Counted from the stretch's first letter, positions 18,075 to 27,754 are shown. The stretch is 64,000 nt of DNA from Patescibacteria group bacterium (GCA_040386275.1 JAZKFU010000002.1:16858-80857), one strand, 5' to 3'. Made by a program: numbers and translations. The notes: generated from the letters alone by a model not told the origin.

Positions 18075-18575
18075 ATGAATAAAAAAGCAACTCTAGCAGG
18101 GGGATGTTTCTGGGGCTTAGAAGACCTCCTTCGTGACCAAACCGGAGTAATTACCACTGAAGCTGGTTATACCGGAGGAACAAACGATAATCCCACCTAT
18201 CAACATCACCCCGGTCACGCAGAAGCCGTAGAAATTACCTATAACCCCGAGATTATTTCGTATAAGCAACTATTAGATTTCTTCTTCCAAATTCATAATC
18301 CCACCACGCTTAATCAGCAGGGTAATGACCGCGGCACAGCCTACCGCTCAGCTATTTTTTATGGCAATGAGGAAGAAAAAGCGATAGCGCACGAGATGAT
18401 TGGTATTGTAAACGACTCAAAACGCTGGGATGCACCGGTGGTTACCACGCTTGAACCGCTAACCACTTTTTGGCCAGCCGAAGACTATCACCAAGATTAC
18501 CTCATTAAAAATCCCGGAGGTTATACCTGCCACGCCATCTACTTTGATAGTTATTTGAAAACTAAGCCCCTATAG
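18075..18575 (+). CDS. msrA: Peptide-methionine (S)-S-oxide reductase
   Basis: 166 aa with 'GGCFWG' active-site motif. Confidence 0.9.
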   Translation: MNKKATLAGGCFWGLEDLLRDQTGVITTEAGYTGGTNDNPTYQHHPGHAEAVEITYNPEIISYKQLLDFFFQIHNPTTLNQQGNDRGTAYRSAIFYGNEEEKAIAHEMIGIVNDSKRWDAPVVTTLEPLTTFWPAEDYHQDYLIKNPGGYTCHAIYFDSYLKTKPL

Positions 18576-18709
18576 TCTATACTGACGAGCGTCCAGGGAG
18601 GACTTGCCCAGTGGGTAAAACATGAACTGCTTCATGTTTTACCGCGTAGCGAGGCAGACACGAGGCCAATCTCTCTGCAGGGCGACAATTTGAACGAAGT
18701 GAATATACT

Positions 18710-18796
18710 GGAGGATTGGCCGAGTGGCTGAAGGCAGCGGTTTACTAAACCGCCAGAGGGTAAAACTTCTCGTGAGTTCGAATCTCACATCCTCCG
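18710..18796 (+). tRNA. Type-II tRNA, Ser-like, with anticodon loop TTACTAA (apparent anticodon ACU)
   Basis: Acceptor GGAGGAT/ATCCTCC, Ser-like D-arm GCCGAGTGGCTGAAGGC, anticodon stem GCGGT/ACCGC, 18-nt variable arm, T-arm GTGAG-TTCGAAT-CTCAC, discriminator G. Confidence 0.65.
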
Positions 18797-18957
18797 CACA
18801 TACCAAAACCCAAACAAAGCTTAGGCTTTGTTTGGGTTTTGTTGTATGCGCGCGAAGATGTGAGATTCGAAGCCCGATTGAGATATTTTGGAGCGTAGCG
18901 AACATAAATATCCAATTGGGGTACTGATCATGTAAGGTTCGAATCTCACATCCTCCG
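18797..18957 (+). repeat. tRNA-3'-end composite repeat unit SerL-1 (subfamily 2)
   Basis: T1 hairpin 18805-18840, nearly identical to the unit at 15954. Inverted copy GCGCGCGAAGATGTGAGATTCGAA (18848-18871). Core contains GGAGCGTAGCGAA. Direct copy GGTTCGAATCTCACATCCTCCG (18936-18957). Confidence 0.6.
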
Positions 18958-19158
18958 CCCGTATAAAATACCGCCTGTAAGGGCGGTTATTTTATTGGGC
19001 GGAGGATGAGCGAGTGACTAATGTCACTCGCGGTGAGATTCGAAAGACGGAAGCATGTCGCTCTGCGACAGCTGAGTCGGGGTCGAGAGTACTTACTAGA
19101 ATCAGAGCGTAGCGAATGATTATAGTTAGTAACTCGTGACCGAATCTCACATCCTCCG
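18958..19158 (+). repeat. tRNA-3'-end composite repeat unit SerL-2 (subfamily 2), in tandem
   Basis: Hairpin AAAATACCGCC-TGTAA-GGGCGGTTATTTT. Inverted copy GGGCGGAGGATG-[AGCGAGTGACTAATGTCACTCGC]-GGTGAGATTCGAA (18997-19044). Core AGACGGAAGCATGTCGCTCTGCGACAG...GTCGGGGTCGAGA plus GAGCGTAGCGAA. Direct copy CCGAATCTCACATCCTCCG (19140-19158). Confidence 0.6.
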
Positions 19159-19196
19159 CCCGCATAATCATCAATAAATTTGATATAATTAAAAAC

Positions 19197-19523
19197 ATGT
19201 CAATAGAAAAATTAAACCATAGCAGTCAAAATGAAAGTGACTTTGAGCAAAGAATGCAGGTTGAATACATCTCTCATATAATCGATAGTTTGATTAAAAT
19301 TGAAGTTTCAGTAACTGACCTCGAAGACAGGGATCATTTAAAAGATGTTCTGTCACAATCTCGATACGATTATGAGGAGATGCCTGAATCTCATATGGAT
19401 GAAAGTGAATTAGCGAAAGAAAAAGAGGCCTTACATGCGCTTGCTGAATTGGTGGGTAACCCTGAATTATCAAATGACCAAAGGGAAGAACTAATTAAGC
19501 AGAGACTTTCAAGCTGGTTCTAA
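19197..19523 (+). CDS. Hypothetical acidic protein, 108 aa, carried inside the tandem repeat array
   Basis: ORF flanked by direct copies of the tRNA 3' end. Acidic and helical, with no known motif. Confidence 0.45.
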   Translation: MSIEKLNHSSQNESDFEQRMQVEYISHIIDSLIKIEVSVTDLEDRDHLKDVLSQSRYDYEEMPESHMDESELAKEKEALHALAELVGNPELSNDQREELIKQRLSSWF

Positions 19524-19544
19524 CATCGTCCCATAACGCCCGCA

Positions 19545-19770
19545 AATACCAAAACCCAAACAAAGCCTAAGCTTTGTTTGGGTTTTGTTGTATGTGCGCG
19601 AGGATGTGAGATTCGAAAGGCACAGGCATGTTTTTACTCTTCCTAAAGTAAAAACAGCGGGAGAAACAGTGTCTAAACACTGTTTCTCGGGTAGCGAACA
19701 CTTAGTAGAATCTGCACGCAGTGCAAGATTATACTTAGTGATTCGTGAACGAATCTCACATCCGTGTACC
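19545..19770 (+). repeat. tRNA-3'-end composite repeat unit SerL-3 (subfamily 2)
   Basis: Remnant CGCCCGCAAATACC, then T1 hairpin 19551-19586 identical to 15954-15989. Inverted copy GTGCGCGAGGATGTGAGATTCGAA (19594-19617). Core has GGGTAGCGAACACTTAGTAGA...TTAGTGATTCGTGA. Degenerate direct copy ACGAATCTCACATCC (19749-19763). Confidence 0.55.
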
Positions 19771-19830
19771 TCTATGATGCTTATGTTTTATTGACTACAA
19801 TTTTACCAATTAAATACATATATTAAGGTA

Positions 19831-20457
19831 TTAATGCGCCCAGGCCAGTAAACTAACCTCGGTTGTGCTGGGTAGGTGTGGCAACAGTACCTCACGAGCA
19901 GCCATGAGTGTACTGCCCGTTGTGCAGACGTCATCACAGAGAATAATGCGCTCATATTGAGAGAGCAGATGTATATATTTTGGAGTACAGCTAAAAGCCT
20001 GTTCAACATTTTTTTCACGCATGATCCGATTCAAAGATGTCTGGGGTTTTGTGTGTCTACTTCTGGTGAGGATGTGTGCATGAATGGTTGCATTGTAGTT
20101 GGAGGTTTTGATATAGGTAAGTACTCGCGCCACCTGATTAAAACCCCACTCTCGTTCTCGCTTCAGACTGAGTGGAATCGGAATAATAAGAGTTTTTTTC
20201 GTGGGTAAAGTTTTAAGATGGGTCGCAACAAGCACGCCTAATAATTTTGCTGCATAAAAATTATGTTCAAACTTGCACGCGGCTATTGCGGCCTGAATGG
20301 TGGGTATGTGGTAGGAAGATAAACAAGTAATTGAGTGGTGAGTGTGTGGCTGATAAAAATTTTCAAATCGTAATGGAGTAACCTGTCGTAATACACGTTC
20401 ATGAATCGTGGGTGGAAAAATAAAATCAAGAATTATTCGTAACGGGTATAGCATCTC
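19831..20457 (-). CDS. comFC: ComF family protein (phosphoribosyltransferase-like competence protein)
   Basis: PRTase motif 'IILCDDVCTTGSTL'. Start moved to the internal Met (MLYPLRI) at 20457 to avoid a 50-bp overlap with pilM; the ORF is open to 20547. Confidence 0.7.
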   Translation of the reverse strand, partial: EMLYPLRIILDFIFPPTIHERVLRQVTPLRFENFYQPHTHHSITCLSSYHIPTIQAAIAACKFEHNFYAAKLLGVLVATHLKTLPTKKTLIIPIPLSLKREREWGFNQVARVLTYIKTSNYNATIHAHILTRSRHTKPQTSLNRIMREKNVEQAFSCTPKYIHLLSQYERIILCDDVCTTGSTLMAAREVLLPHLPSTTEVSLLAWAH

Positions 20458-20496
20458 TATAAGTATACGATAGGCATATGGTACAATTTTATTATT

Positions 20497-21588
20497 ATGG
20501 GTCTTTCCAATATTTTTTCGTCTATTAAAAAAACTGCTCAGGATCAATCAACTACCAAAGATAAAGTAATTGGTATCGACATTGGTTCCTCTTCAATAAA
20601 AATCGTTGAGTTGCAAAACCGTGATAACGTATTAACACTCACGACCTATGGAGAACTAGAACTCGGTCCTTATGCTGATGAAAATCCGGTTGGACAAGCA
20701 GTCGTGTTGCCACCAAATATTGAGCGACAAGCGCTTGTCGATATTCTTCGTGAGTCTGCCTCTAAAGCGCGGCAAGCCGTATTTGCTATGCCACTGGCAT
20801 CTAGTTTTGTAACAGTGATGTCGATGCAGGCGACCGCCGAAGAAGATATTTCTCCTCGAGTGCGGGTAGAGGCGCGAAAATACATTCCAATTCCTATTGG
20901 AGAAGTAACGTTAGATTGGGCAGAAGTAGATATAAGTACCAATGAAGGCGCGACAACGCGGGACGTATTATTGGCTGCGATTCAAAATGATGCCCTGGCG
21001 CGATTTAAGGGGTTAATGGATACGGTGGAATTTCGGAATACTCCCATTGAAATCGAATGTTTTAGTGTGATTCGCAGTGTCTGCTCAACGGATGAGGCTA
21101 ATTGCGCCATTATAGATGTTGGAGCAACGACCACCAAACTCTACATTGTGCGCGATGGGTTACTGCAACGAATGTATCGGGTACGAGCCGGAGGCTCATT
21201 ATTTACCGAAAAAATTTCCAAAGAAATGTCAATTTCTTTTACAGAGGCTGAAGTTAAAAAACGAACCGTACAGCAAAGTGATGAAGAGTTTCCTTCACTC
21301 TTGAAATTACACCAGCTTACCTACGAGCGAGTGTTCCGAGAATTTAAACAAGTAATTTCTGAGTACGAGAAAAAATTAAATGTACAAGTAGAAACAATCT
21401 ATGTCGTAGGGGGAGGGGCTCAGTTCGAAGGGTTTAACGGTTTTGCTTCTGCGTTGCTTGAAAAAAATATTCAAACACCGTTACCATTTAACAAAGTTGC
21501 CTATCCGGCCTTTATGGAAGACACCATGAATACTATTGGCTCGACCTTTGCAGTTGCCTTGGGGGCAGCTATCCGTTCGTTTGAATAA
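20497..21588 (+). CDS. pilM: Type IV pilus assembly protein PilM
   Basis: Actin-like ATPase fold, 'VIGIDIGSSSIKIVEL' N-terminus, 363 aa. Confidence 0.85.
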   Translation: MGLSNIFSSIKKTAQDQSTTKDKVIGIDIGSSSIKIVELQNRDNVLTLTTYGELELGPYADENPVGQAVVLPPNIERQALVDILRESASKARQAVFAMPLASSFVTVMSMQATAEEDISPRVRVEARKYIPIPIGEVTLDWAEVDISTNEGATTRDVLLAAIQNDALARFKGLMDTVEFRNTPIEIECFSVIRSVCSTDEANCAIIDVGATTTKLYIVRDGLLQRMYRVRAGGSLFTEKISKEMSISFTEAEVKKRTVQQSDEEFPSLLKLHQLTYERVFREFKQVISEYEKKLNVQVETIYVVGGGAQFEGFNGFASALLEKNIQTPLPFNKVAYPAFMEDTMNTIGSTFAVALGAAIRSFE

Positions 21589-21642
21589 TTCTGTCCACAG
21601 TAACGCATCACATTTAATTCGTGAATACCATATAATACGAGC

Positions 21643-22353
21643 ATGCCCGAGTCACCATCTAGTTCTTTTATTCCTAAGCGCGGTCCTGGCAAAAAGCCAT
21701 CATCAGCCCGCCCTGGTAATTTTGTATTATTCTCTGTTTTAAGTTACGCCTTGTTTGTCTCTGCACCACTAGCTTCAGCTGCAGTTTTTATTTACGAGCG
21801 ACACACCGAAAATCAATTTAATAAAGCAGTAGTCGCGCTTGATCAAGCTATCATTAGTTTTAACGAAGAAGACCTAAGACGAGTCACTGAATTTAACGAA
21901 CGCCTTGCTACTAGTAAATTACTGCTGGAGTCACACGCTTCAATAGTGTCGTTACTACAAACGATTGAAAATTCAACAGCCCAAACTGTAAAATTCAAGA
22001 GTATTGATATTACTCGAGCCAGCAAATCAACACTTACGGTAAATGGCTTTCTGACAACACCTAGCTTTGATGGTGCTCTTTTCCAACGATCAAGTTATGG
22101 TGCGACAGATATCATTAATAATCCATTGTTTACTGACGTAAAATTAATGAAAGTAACTGCCGAAGACCCAGCAGCAACAGTATCGGAAGAAAAAAATGTT
22201 GAATTAAAAGTGTCCTTCGACTTTGCGGTAAGTGATGTGTTGTATAAACCATTTGTAGGGGAGACTACATTTGATCAATCAATTAATGCAAGCGATGAAA
22301 CAGCATTCCCGACTGAAGATATTAGTACTTCTGCTAACGAAACTACACTATGA
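21643..22353 (+). CDS. pilN: PilN-like pilus assembly protein
   Basis: Short cytoplasmic N-terminus, single TM, periplasmic domain. Sits between pilM and pilO. Confidence 0.6.
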   Translation: MPESPSSSFIPKRGPGKKPSSARPGNFVLFSVLSYALFVSAPLASAAVFIYERHTENQFNKAVVALDQAIISFNEEDLRRVTEFNERLATSKLLLESHASIVSLLQTIENSTAQTVKFKSIDITRASKSTLTVNGFLTTPSFDGALFQRSSYGATDIINNPLFTDVKLMKVTAEDPAATVSEEKNVELKVSFDFAVSDVLYKPFVGETTFDQSINASDETAFPTEDISTSANETTL

Positions 22354-22925
22354 ACAAATTTTCTTTCCTAACTCAAATAGGGATGGTGGCAATCGCAGTC
22401 ACGATTGTCTTGATGTATATTCAACCAAAAATTACTTCAATCCGGGAAATTCAAGATTTAACGGCTAACTACGAAGTAGAAACACAAAATGTTTCGCAAG
22501 TTAATGAAAATCTAAAAAGTAAAATTGCTGCTATCGAGTCAATCAGCCCTCAAGATGCTCAAGCGCTAGCACGTTTTATGCCTGATCAGGTAGATGACAT
22601 TGCGGTGCTTAAAGACCTATCACTTATTTTAGAGTCACAATCAGTACAAGGATATGACATTGCCTACAAAGGCAATACAGCCAATCTCCAAGCAACAGAA
22701 GAAACGCCTAACGAATATAACTCAGCGGTAGAATACTTTTTTGAAGCTACATTTGAATCTACGTACGAACAATTAAAAAACATCCTCACACTGATTGAAA
22801 CTAATGATTATATGCTTCAGGTTTCTAATCTTAAAGTTTCAGAAGGGACTGAAGATAACCTCGCTGTTGAATTGAGCCTTACTTCTTATGCCCGTGCCTC
22901 AACCACTGTAGCGGTAGCCCCATAA
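22350..22925 (+). CDS. pilO: PilO-like pilus assembly protein
   Basis: N-terminal TM plus coiled-coil periplasmic domain. Overlaps the pilN stop by 4 nt. Confidence 0.6.
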   Translation: MNKFSFLTQIGMVAIAVTIVLMYIQPKITSIREIQDLTANYEVETQNVSQVNENLKSKIAAIESISPQDAQALARFMPDQVDDIAVLKDLSLILESQSVQGYDIAYKGNTANLQATEETPNEYNSAVEYFFEATFESTYEQLKNILTLIETNDYMLQVSNLKVSEGTEDNLAVELSLTSYARASTTVAVAP

Positions 22926-22936
22926 TATCGAAATAT

Positions 22937-23278
22937 ATGTCTGAATCATTAAAAAATATTTTAGTTGGAATCATTTGTGTTGTTCTATTTGGGTTTGCAT
23001 ATTTCTTTTTTACGGGAAGTGATCCTGAGGATGGTTTTAGTACCCAAAGTGCTGATGAGCAAGCTGCCTTGGTAGCAAAAACGCAAAGTTTTATTGAACG
23101 CAGTCGTGTATTAGAAGCTATCAGTATCGATGCCGGTTTTTTCACCAATAGTGTCTTTACCAGTTTGCGTAGTTTCTCAACGGAAGTACCTAATCAACCG
23201 CTCGGAAAAAATAATATTTTTGATACGGCTCAAAATGTAACAGCTGTAGCAACAGAAGCCGAAGAAGACGCAGAATAA
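22937..23278 (+). CDS. Hypothetical membrane-anchored protein in the pilus operon (PilP-like position)
   Basis: 113 aa, single N-terminal TM, position between pilO and pilB. Confidence 0.4.
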   Translation: MSESLKNILVGIICVVLFGFAYFFFTGSDPEDGFSTQSADEQAALVAKTQSFIERSRVLEAISIDAGFFTNSVFTSLRSFSTEVPNQPLGKNNIFDTAQNVTAVATEAEEDAE

Positions 23279-23286
23279 TTTTTTGT

Positions 23287-25122
23287 ATGAGTATTATACT
23301 CTTATTACAAGAACGAGGTTTAATCTCGGAAGAAATTTTAGCCCAAGTTAATCAAAAAATTTCTGAAGAAGGGCAAACCATTGAAGACGCAATCCTGAAA
23401 TCTGGCATCGAACCAGCGCTGTTAAAAACTATTTCGGCTGAATACTATCAAGTGCCAGCCTTTGATTTAATTGAAGGGTTTGAAATAAAATCTGAAGTTT
23501 TGTCGTATATTCCTGAAGATTCTGCTTTTCACTACCATATAGTCCCTCTGCAGGTACTTGATGATGTATTGGTGGTGGGTGTAAATGACCCTGATAACTT
23601 GCAGGTGCGAGAAGCTCTAAACTTCATTAGTGCAAAACACAATATCCCCTACAAGATGGTATTTTTGTTGATGGCAGAAATTGAGAAAGCCCAAGAGTTT
23701 TACTCTAACCTAAAAGGTGAAGTAACTGACGCGTTGGTAACGCTTGAAACAGAGCTCGATACAGAAATTGCTAAAAATAGTGCAGAAGGTGAAGACGGCC
23801 AAGAGGCAAACTTTGAACATATTAAAGAGGATGCGCCAGTTACTAAAATCGTTGCTACAATCTTGCGGTACGCCGTTGATGGGAAAGCGTCTGATATTCA
23901 CATAGAGCCAAATGAAAAAAAGGTAATTGTACGGTTTCGAGTAGACGGTGTTTTGGCTACGAGTTTAGAGTTGCCCAAAGGAGTGCAGATGGCAGTAGCT
24001 GCTCGTATCAAAATCCTCACGTCCATGCGACTTGATGAACGACGCAAACCTCAAGATGGACGTTTCTCGGCTACCTTTGATGGTCGTAAAATCGATTTTC
24101 GTGTGTCTATTTTACCAACCAGTCATGGTGAAAAGGTGGTAATGCGTATTTTGGATAATGAAAAAGGCGTCCGTACCCTAGAAGATGTGGGAGTAACCGG
24201 ACATTTGCTTGAATCTATTAAACGTATGTTAACCGAGCCCTACGGAATTATCCTTATTTCAGGGCCTACTGGTTCTGGAAAGTCCACCACTTTGTACGCT
24301 ATGTTGTCGGCGCTTGATAAAACTTCCAAAAATGTTCTCTCGCTTGAAGATCCTGTTGAGTACGATATTGCCGGGGTGAGTCAGTCCCAAATGCGTCCAG
24401 AAATTGGGTACACCTTTGCTGCCGGACTACGCGCCGCTTTGCGTCAGGACCCTGACATCATTATGGTGGGGGAAATCCGAGATAAGGAAACAGCGCAATT
24501 AGCTATCCAAGCAGCGCTTACCGGGCACTTAGTGTTATCTACTATTCACACCAACAATGCGATTGGCGTAATTCCTCGCTTGATTGATATGGGTGTAGAC
24601 CCGTATTTGATTGCTCCGACGTTAAAATTGGCTATTGCGCAACGGTTGGCGCGTAAAGTGAAAGAGGGCACTGGGTTAGAAGAACCGGTTGGCATTAGTA
24701 TGAAGTACATGATGGATGATACCTTTAAGTCACTGCCTGAAAAATTCAGTGCTCGTATTCCTACAGGCAAGAGTATTGTGCACCCACAACCAAGCCCAGG
24801 TTGCGCTACAGGTATGCGCGGACGGATGGCGATTATGGAAGTGCTTGAAGTTAATGAGGCAATTCAAGAAATGATTCTAAAAAGTTCTTCGGAAGAGGAA
24901 ATTTACAATGAAGCCCGAAAACATGGATTTATGACCATGAAGGAGGATGCTATTATAAAAGCCCTTGAACACAAAATTCCCTACGAGGAAATGAATATTT
25001 TTGGTACTAAAATCGGGATTGATGAAGAATTAATAGAAGGGGCAAGCGAAGCTGTCGATAAACCCACCGTTCCTTCTAATACTAGCGCTATAATAAGTAG
25101 TAATGAAAATACTTCTAGTTGA
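23287..25122 (+). CDS. pilB: Type IV pilus assembly ATPase PilB (GspE family)
   Basis: 611 aa with N-terminal GSPII_E_N-like domain and Walker A 'GPTGSGKSTT' plus Asp/His boxes. Confidence 0.9.
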   Translation: MSIILLLQERGLISEEILAQVNQKISEEGQTIEDAILKSGIEPALLKTISAEYYQVPAFDLIEGFEIKSEVLSYIPEDSAFHYHIVPLQVLDDVLVVGVNDPDNLQVREALNFISAKHNIPYKMVFLLMAEIEKAQEFYSNLKGEVTDALVTLETELDTEIAKNSAEGEDGQEANFEHIKEDAPVTKIVATILRYAVDGKASDIHIEPNEKKVIVRFRVDGVLATSLELPKGVQMAVAARIKILTSMRLDERRKPQDGRFSATFDGRKIDFRVSILPTSHGEKVVMRILDNEKGVRTLEDVGVTGHLLESIKRMLTEPYGIILISGPTGSGKSTTLYAMLSALDKTSKNVLSLEDPVEYDIAGVSQSQMRPEIGYTFAAGLRAALRQDPDIIMVGEIRDKETAQLAIQAALTGHLVLSTIHTNNAIGVIPRLIDMGVDPYLIAPTLKLAIAQRLARKVKEGTGLEEPVGISMKYMMDDTFKSLPEKFSARIPTGKSIVHPQPSPGCATGMRGRMAIMEVLEVNEAIQEMILKSSSEEEIYNEARKHGFMTMKEDAIIKALEHKIPYEEMNIFGTKIGIDEELIEGASEAVDKPTVPSNTSAIISSNENTSS

Positions 25123-25471
25123 TGACGACACTTTTTTACGAGATATGTATGCCACTAAATTTATTGAATGTGGTCATGATGTCACGCCGGCTATTCATGC
25201 GAGCGATGCATTGCGAATTCTCGAGTCAGTGCAAGATTTTGATTTGATGTTGGTAGATATGATTATGCCTGGGATGACGGGTGTAGAGTTGCTCACTGAA
25301 TTAAAAGCTACCATGCCTGATTTAAAAATGAAAAAAATTGTTCTTTCTAATCAAGGACAAGACCAAGATATAGAAGAGGCAAATGATGCCGGAGCAATTG
25401 GATATATTATTAAAGCCCAGTCAGTCCCGAGTGAGGTGGTAAAAAAGGTAGAAGAAATAATGAAAAAATAA
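25103..25471 (+). CDS. Response regulator receiver domain protein (CheY/PilH-like)
   Basis: 122 aa with 'LLVDDD' and phospho-acceptor context 'LVDMIMPGMTG'. Confidence 0.8.
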   Translation: MKILLVDDDTFLRDMYATKFIECGHDVTPAIHASDALRILESVQDFDLMLVDMIMPGMTGVELLTELKATMPDLKMKKIVLSNQGQDQDIEEANDAGAIGYIIKAQSVPSEVVKKVEEIMKK

Positions 25472-25472
25472 T

Positions 25473-26540
25473 ATGGCCGTAGATTACAAAAAAGAATTAC
25501 AACTGCTTATCCAAACCGTTATTACTGAACGGGCGTCGGATCTTCATATTGCGGTAGATAATCATCCTACGTTACGGGTTAACTCTTCACTCATTCCGTT
25601 GGTTCGAAAACCCATACTGACTGATACTGATGTTTCAAGTTTTGCGCAAGCCATGATGCGTCCTGAGTTTTTTGATCGACTTAAAAAACGAGACGAGGTA
25701 GACTTTTCGTATGAAAACGAAGACGGTGTGCGTTTTCGAGGCAATGCATTCTTCCAAAAAGGACGTCTCGCCATTGCACTTCGTCTCATTCCGAATGTTA
25801 TTTTAACGCTCGAAGAACTTAACCTTCCACCAATTCTTGAAAGCTTCACCGAAAAACCCCAAGGTTTCTTTTTGTGTGTAGGTCCAGTAGGGCAAGGTAA
25901 GTCAACTACGTTGGCAGCGATGGTTAATCGTATCAATCAAAAACGAGCAGATCATATTGTAACCATCGAGGATCCAATTGAATATATCTACACACCCCAA
26001 AAAGCCATGATTGATCAACGTGAAGTGGGTATTGATACTGCCAGTTACGAAACAGCTCTTAACGCGGTGTTTCGACAGGATGTGGACGTTATTTTGGTTG
26101 GAGAAATGCGTAATCCTGAAACAATTGCGATGGCGGTAACCGCCGCGGAAACAGGGCACGTCGTGTATTCAACGCTACACACAAACGACGCTACTCAAAC
26201 TATTAACCGTATTATTGACTCGTTTCCGGGAAGTCAACAAGATCAGATTCGAGTACAACTTTCTGCGTCCTTAATGGGAGTATTCTCACAGCGATTGATT
26301 CCCCGGATTTCTGGAGGATTGGTACCTGCCTATGAGTTGCTCGTAAATAACGCGGCGGTTTCTAACTTGATTCGCGAAAAACGAACTCATGAAATTTATT
26401 CAGTGATTGAAACTGGTCTTGAGCAGGGAATGATTGATATGAATCGTTCTTTAGCCCAACTAGTTCAGCAGGGAGATATTACGGTTGAAAACGCTTTTCG
26501 CTACGCCATTAATCCTAAAGGTCTGGAACGGCTTATTTAA
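25473..26540 (+). CDS. pilT: Twitching motility ATPase PilT
   Basis: 355 aa with Walker A 'GPVGQGKSTT' and PilT/PilU family motifs. Confidence 0.9.
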   Translation: MAVDYKKELQLLIQTVITERASDLHIAVDNHPTLRVNSSLIPLVRKPILTDTDVSSFAQAMMRPEFFDRLKKRDEVDFSYENEDGVRFRGNAFFQKGRLAIALRLIPNVILTLEELNLPPILESFTEKPQGFFLCVGPVGQGKSTTLAAMVNRINQKRADHIVTIEDPIEYIYTPQKAMIDQREVGIDTASYETALNAVFRQDVDVILVGEMRNPETIAMAVTAAETGHVVYSTLHTNDATQTINRIIDSFPGSQQDQIRVQLSASLMGVFSQRLIPRISGGLVPAYELLVNNAAVSNLIREKRTHEIYSVIETGLEQGMIDMNRSLAQLVQQGDITVENAFRYAINPKGLERLI

Positions 26541-26545
26541 GTATC

Positions 26546-27754
26546 ATGTTATATAACTACGTCGCTATTGATAATGTTAATGCTCAACGAGAAGGTACCG
26601 TTGATGCCGGTACTATTGACGCCGCTATTGCGGCGGTGCAAAAACGTGGCTACACCGTTATCTCTATTGATCCGGTAGTTGAAAAAAAGAGTCTCTTTAA
26701 TATTGAATTTAACCTTTTTCAAGGAGTATCAAACAAAGAGATTGTAATTTTATCCCGCCAGATTGCTACGTTGTTTCAAGCCCACGTGTCACCGCTTCGT
26801 ATTTTTCGATTACTTTCAGCTGAAATTGAAAATGCGTATCTGCAAAATATCTTAAACAAGGTAGTGGAGGAGCTTCAGGGAGGAAGTTCAATTGCGCGTG
26901 CGCTCTCTTCACACCCACAGGTGTTCTCATCATTTTACGTTAACCTGGTACGTGCGGGTGAAGAATCAGGGTCGCTTGAAAAATCATTTACCTACCTAGC
27001 TGATTATCTTGATCGTTCATACGAAGTAACGTCAAAAGCAAAAAATGCTCTTGTGTACCCAGCATTTGTTATTACCATCTTCTTTTTAGTGATGGCTTTA
27101 ATGCTTACGATGGTAATTCCAAACGTAGCTAAGATTTTGATTGAATCAGGTGGTGAGTTGCCGATTTACACCAAGATTGTAATTGGCCTGTCTGGCTTTA
27201 TGGTGAACTACATCGGCTTTATCCTGGTGCTATTGTCAGCAGCAATTATTGGTATATGGAAATTTATAAAAACCCCCGTTGGAAAGCGTGCGTATGATGA
27301 ATTGATGATAGCGATTCCATACATGGGTAACTTACAACGCAAACTGATATTGATGCGTTTTTGTGACAACCTCTCAACTATGCTCACGAGTGGTATCTCC
27401 ATTGTGCAGGCGCTTGAAGTGACTGCCGATGTAGTGGGCAACACCGTGTATAAAGAAATTATTTTGTCTGCCGTGTCTGATGTAAAAGCGGGACGTTCGT
27501 TTGCCGACGCCATCTCAGAGTATCCAGAAATTCCCGGTGTATTGTCACAGATGATTAAAGTGGGTGAAGAAACGGGAAGTCTTGGAGATATTGTCGGTAC
27601 GCTCGCTGTATTTTATCGTCGTGAAGTAAATGATGCGGTAGATACACTGATTGGATTAATTGAACCAGCGATGATTGTATTGCTTGGACTTGGGGTGGGG
27701 ACTTTGTTGGCTTCGGTGCTTATGCCGATCTACAACATAACTAGCAATTTTTAG
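26546..27754 (+). CDS. pilC: Type IV pilus platform protein PilC (GspF family)
   Basis: 402 aa with duplicated GspF domains and 3 TM segments. Confidence 0.85.
   Translation: MLYNYVAIDNVNAQREGTVDAGTIDAAIAAVQKRGYTVISIDPVVEKKSLFNIEFNLFQGVSNKEIVILSRQIATLFQAHVSPLRIFRLLSAEIENAYLQNILNKVVEELQGGSSIARALSSHPQVFSSFYVNLVRAGEESGSLEKSFTYLADYLDRSYEVTSKAKNALVYPAFVITIFFLVMALMLTMVIPNVAKILIESGGELPIYTKIVIGLSGFMVNYIGFILVLLSAAIIGIWKFIKTPVGKRAYDELMIAIPYMGNLQRKLILMRFCDNLSTMLTSGISIVQALEVTADVVGNTVYKEIILSAVSDVKAGRSFADAISEYPEIPGVLSQMIKVGEETGSLGDIVGTLAVFYRREVNDAVDTLIGLIEPAMIVLLGLGVGTLLASVLMPIYNITSNF

Noticed and set aside
18639-18927. ORFs 18639-18905 (minus) and 18724-18927 (plus) of 88 and 67 aa
   Set aside because: They overlap the Ser-like tRNA and the tRNA-derived repeat unit. 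The sequence is explained by RNA or repeat features.
15946-19770. Regularly recurring repeats near tRNAs; considered as CRISPR arrays
   Set aside because: The repeats are not uniformly spaced, are tRNA-specific in sequence, include inverted copies, and no cas genes are present. This is not a CRISPR architecture.
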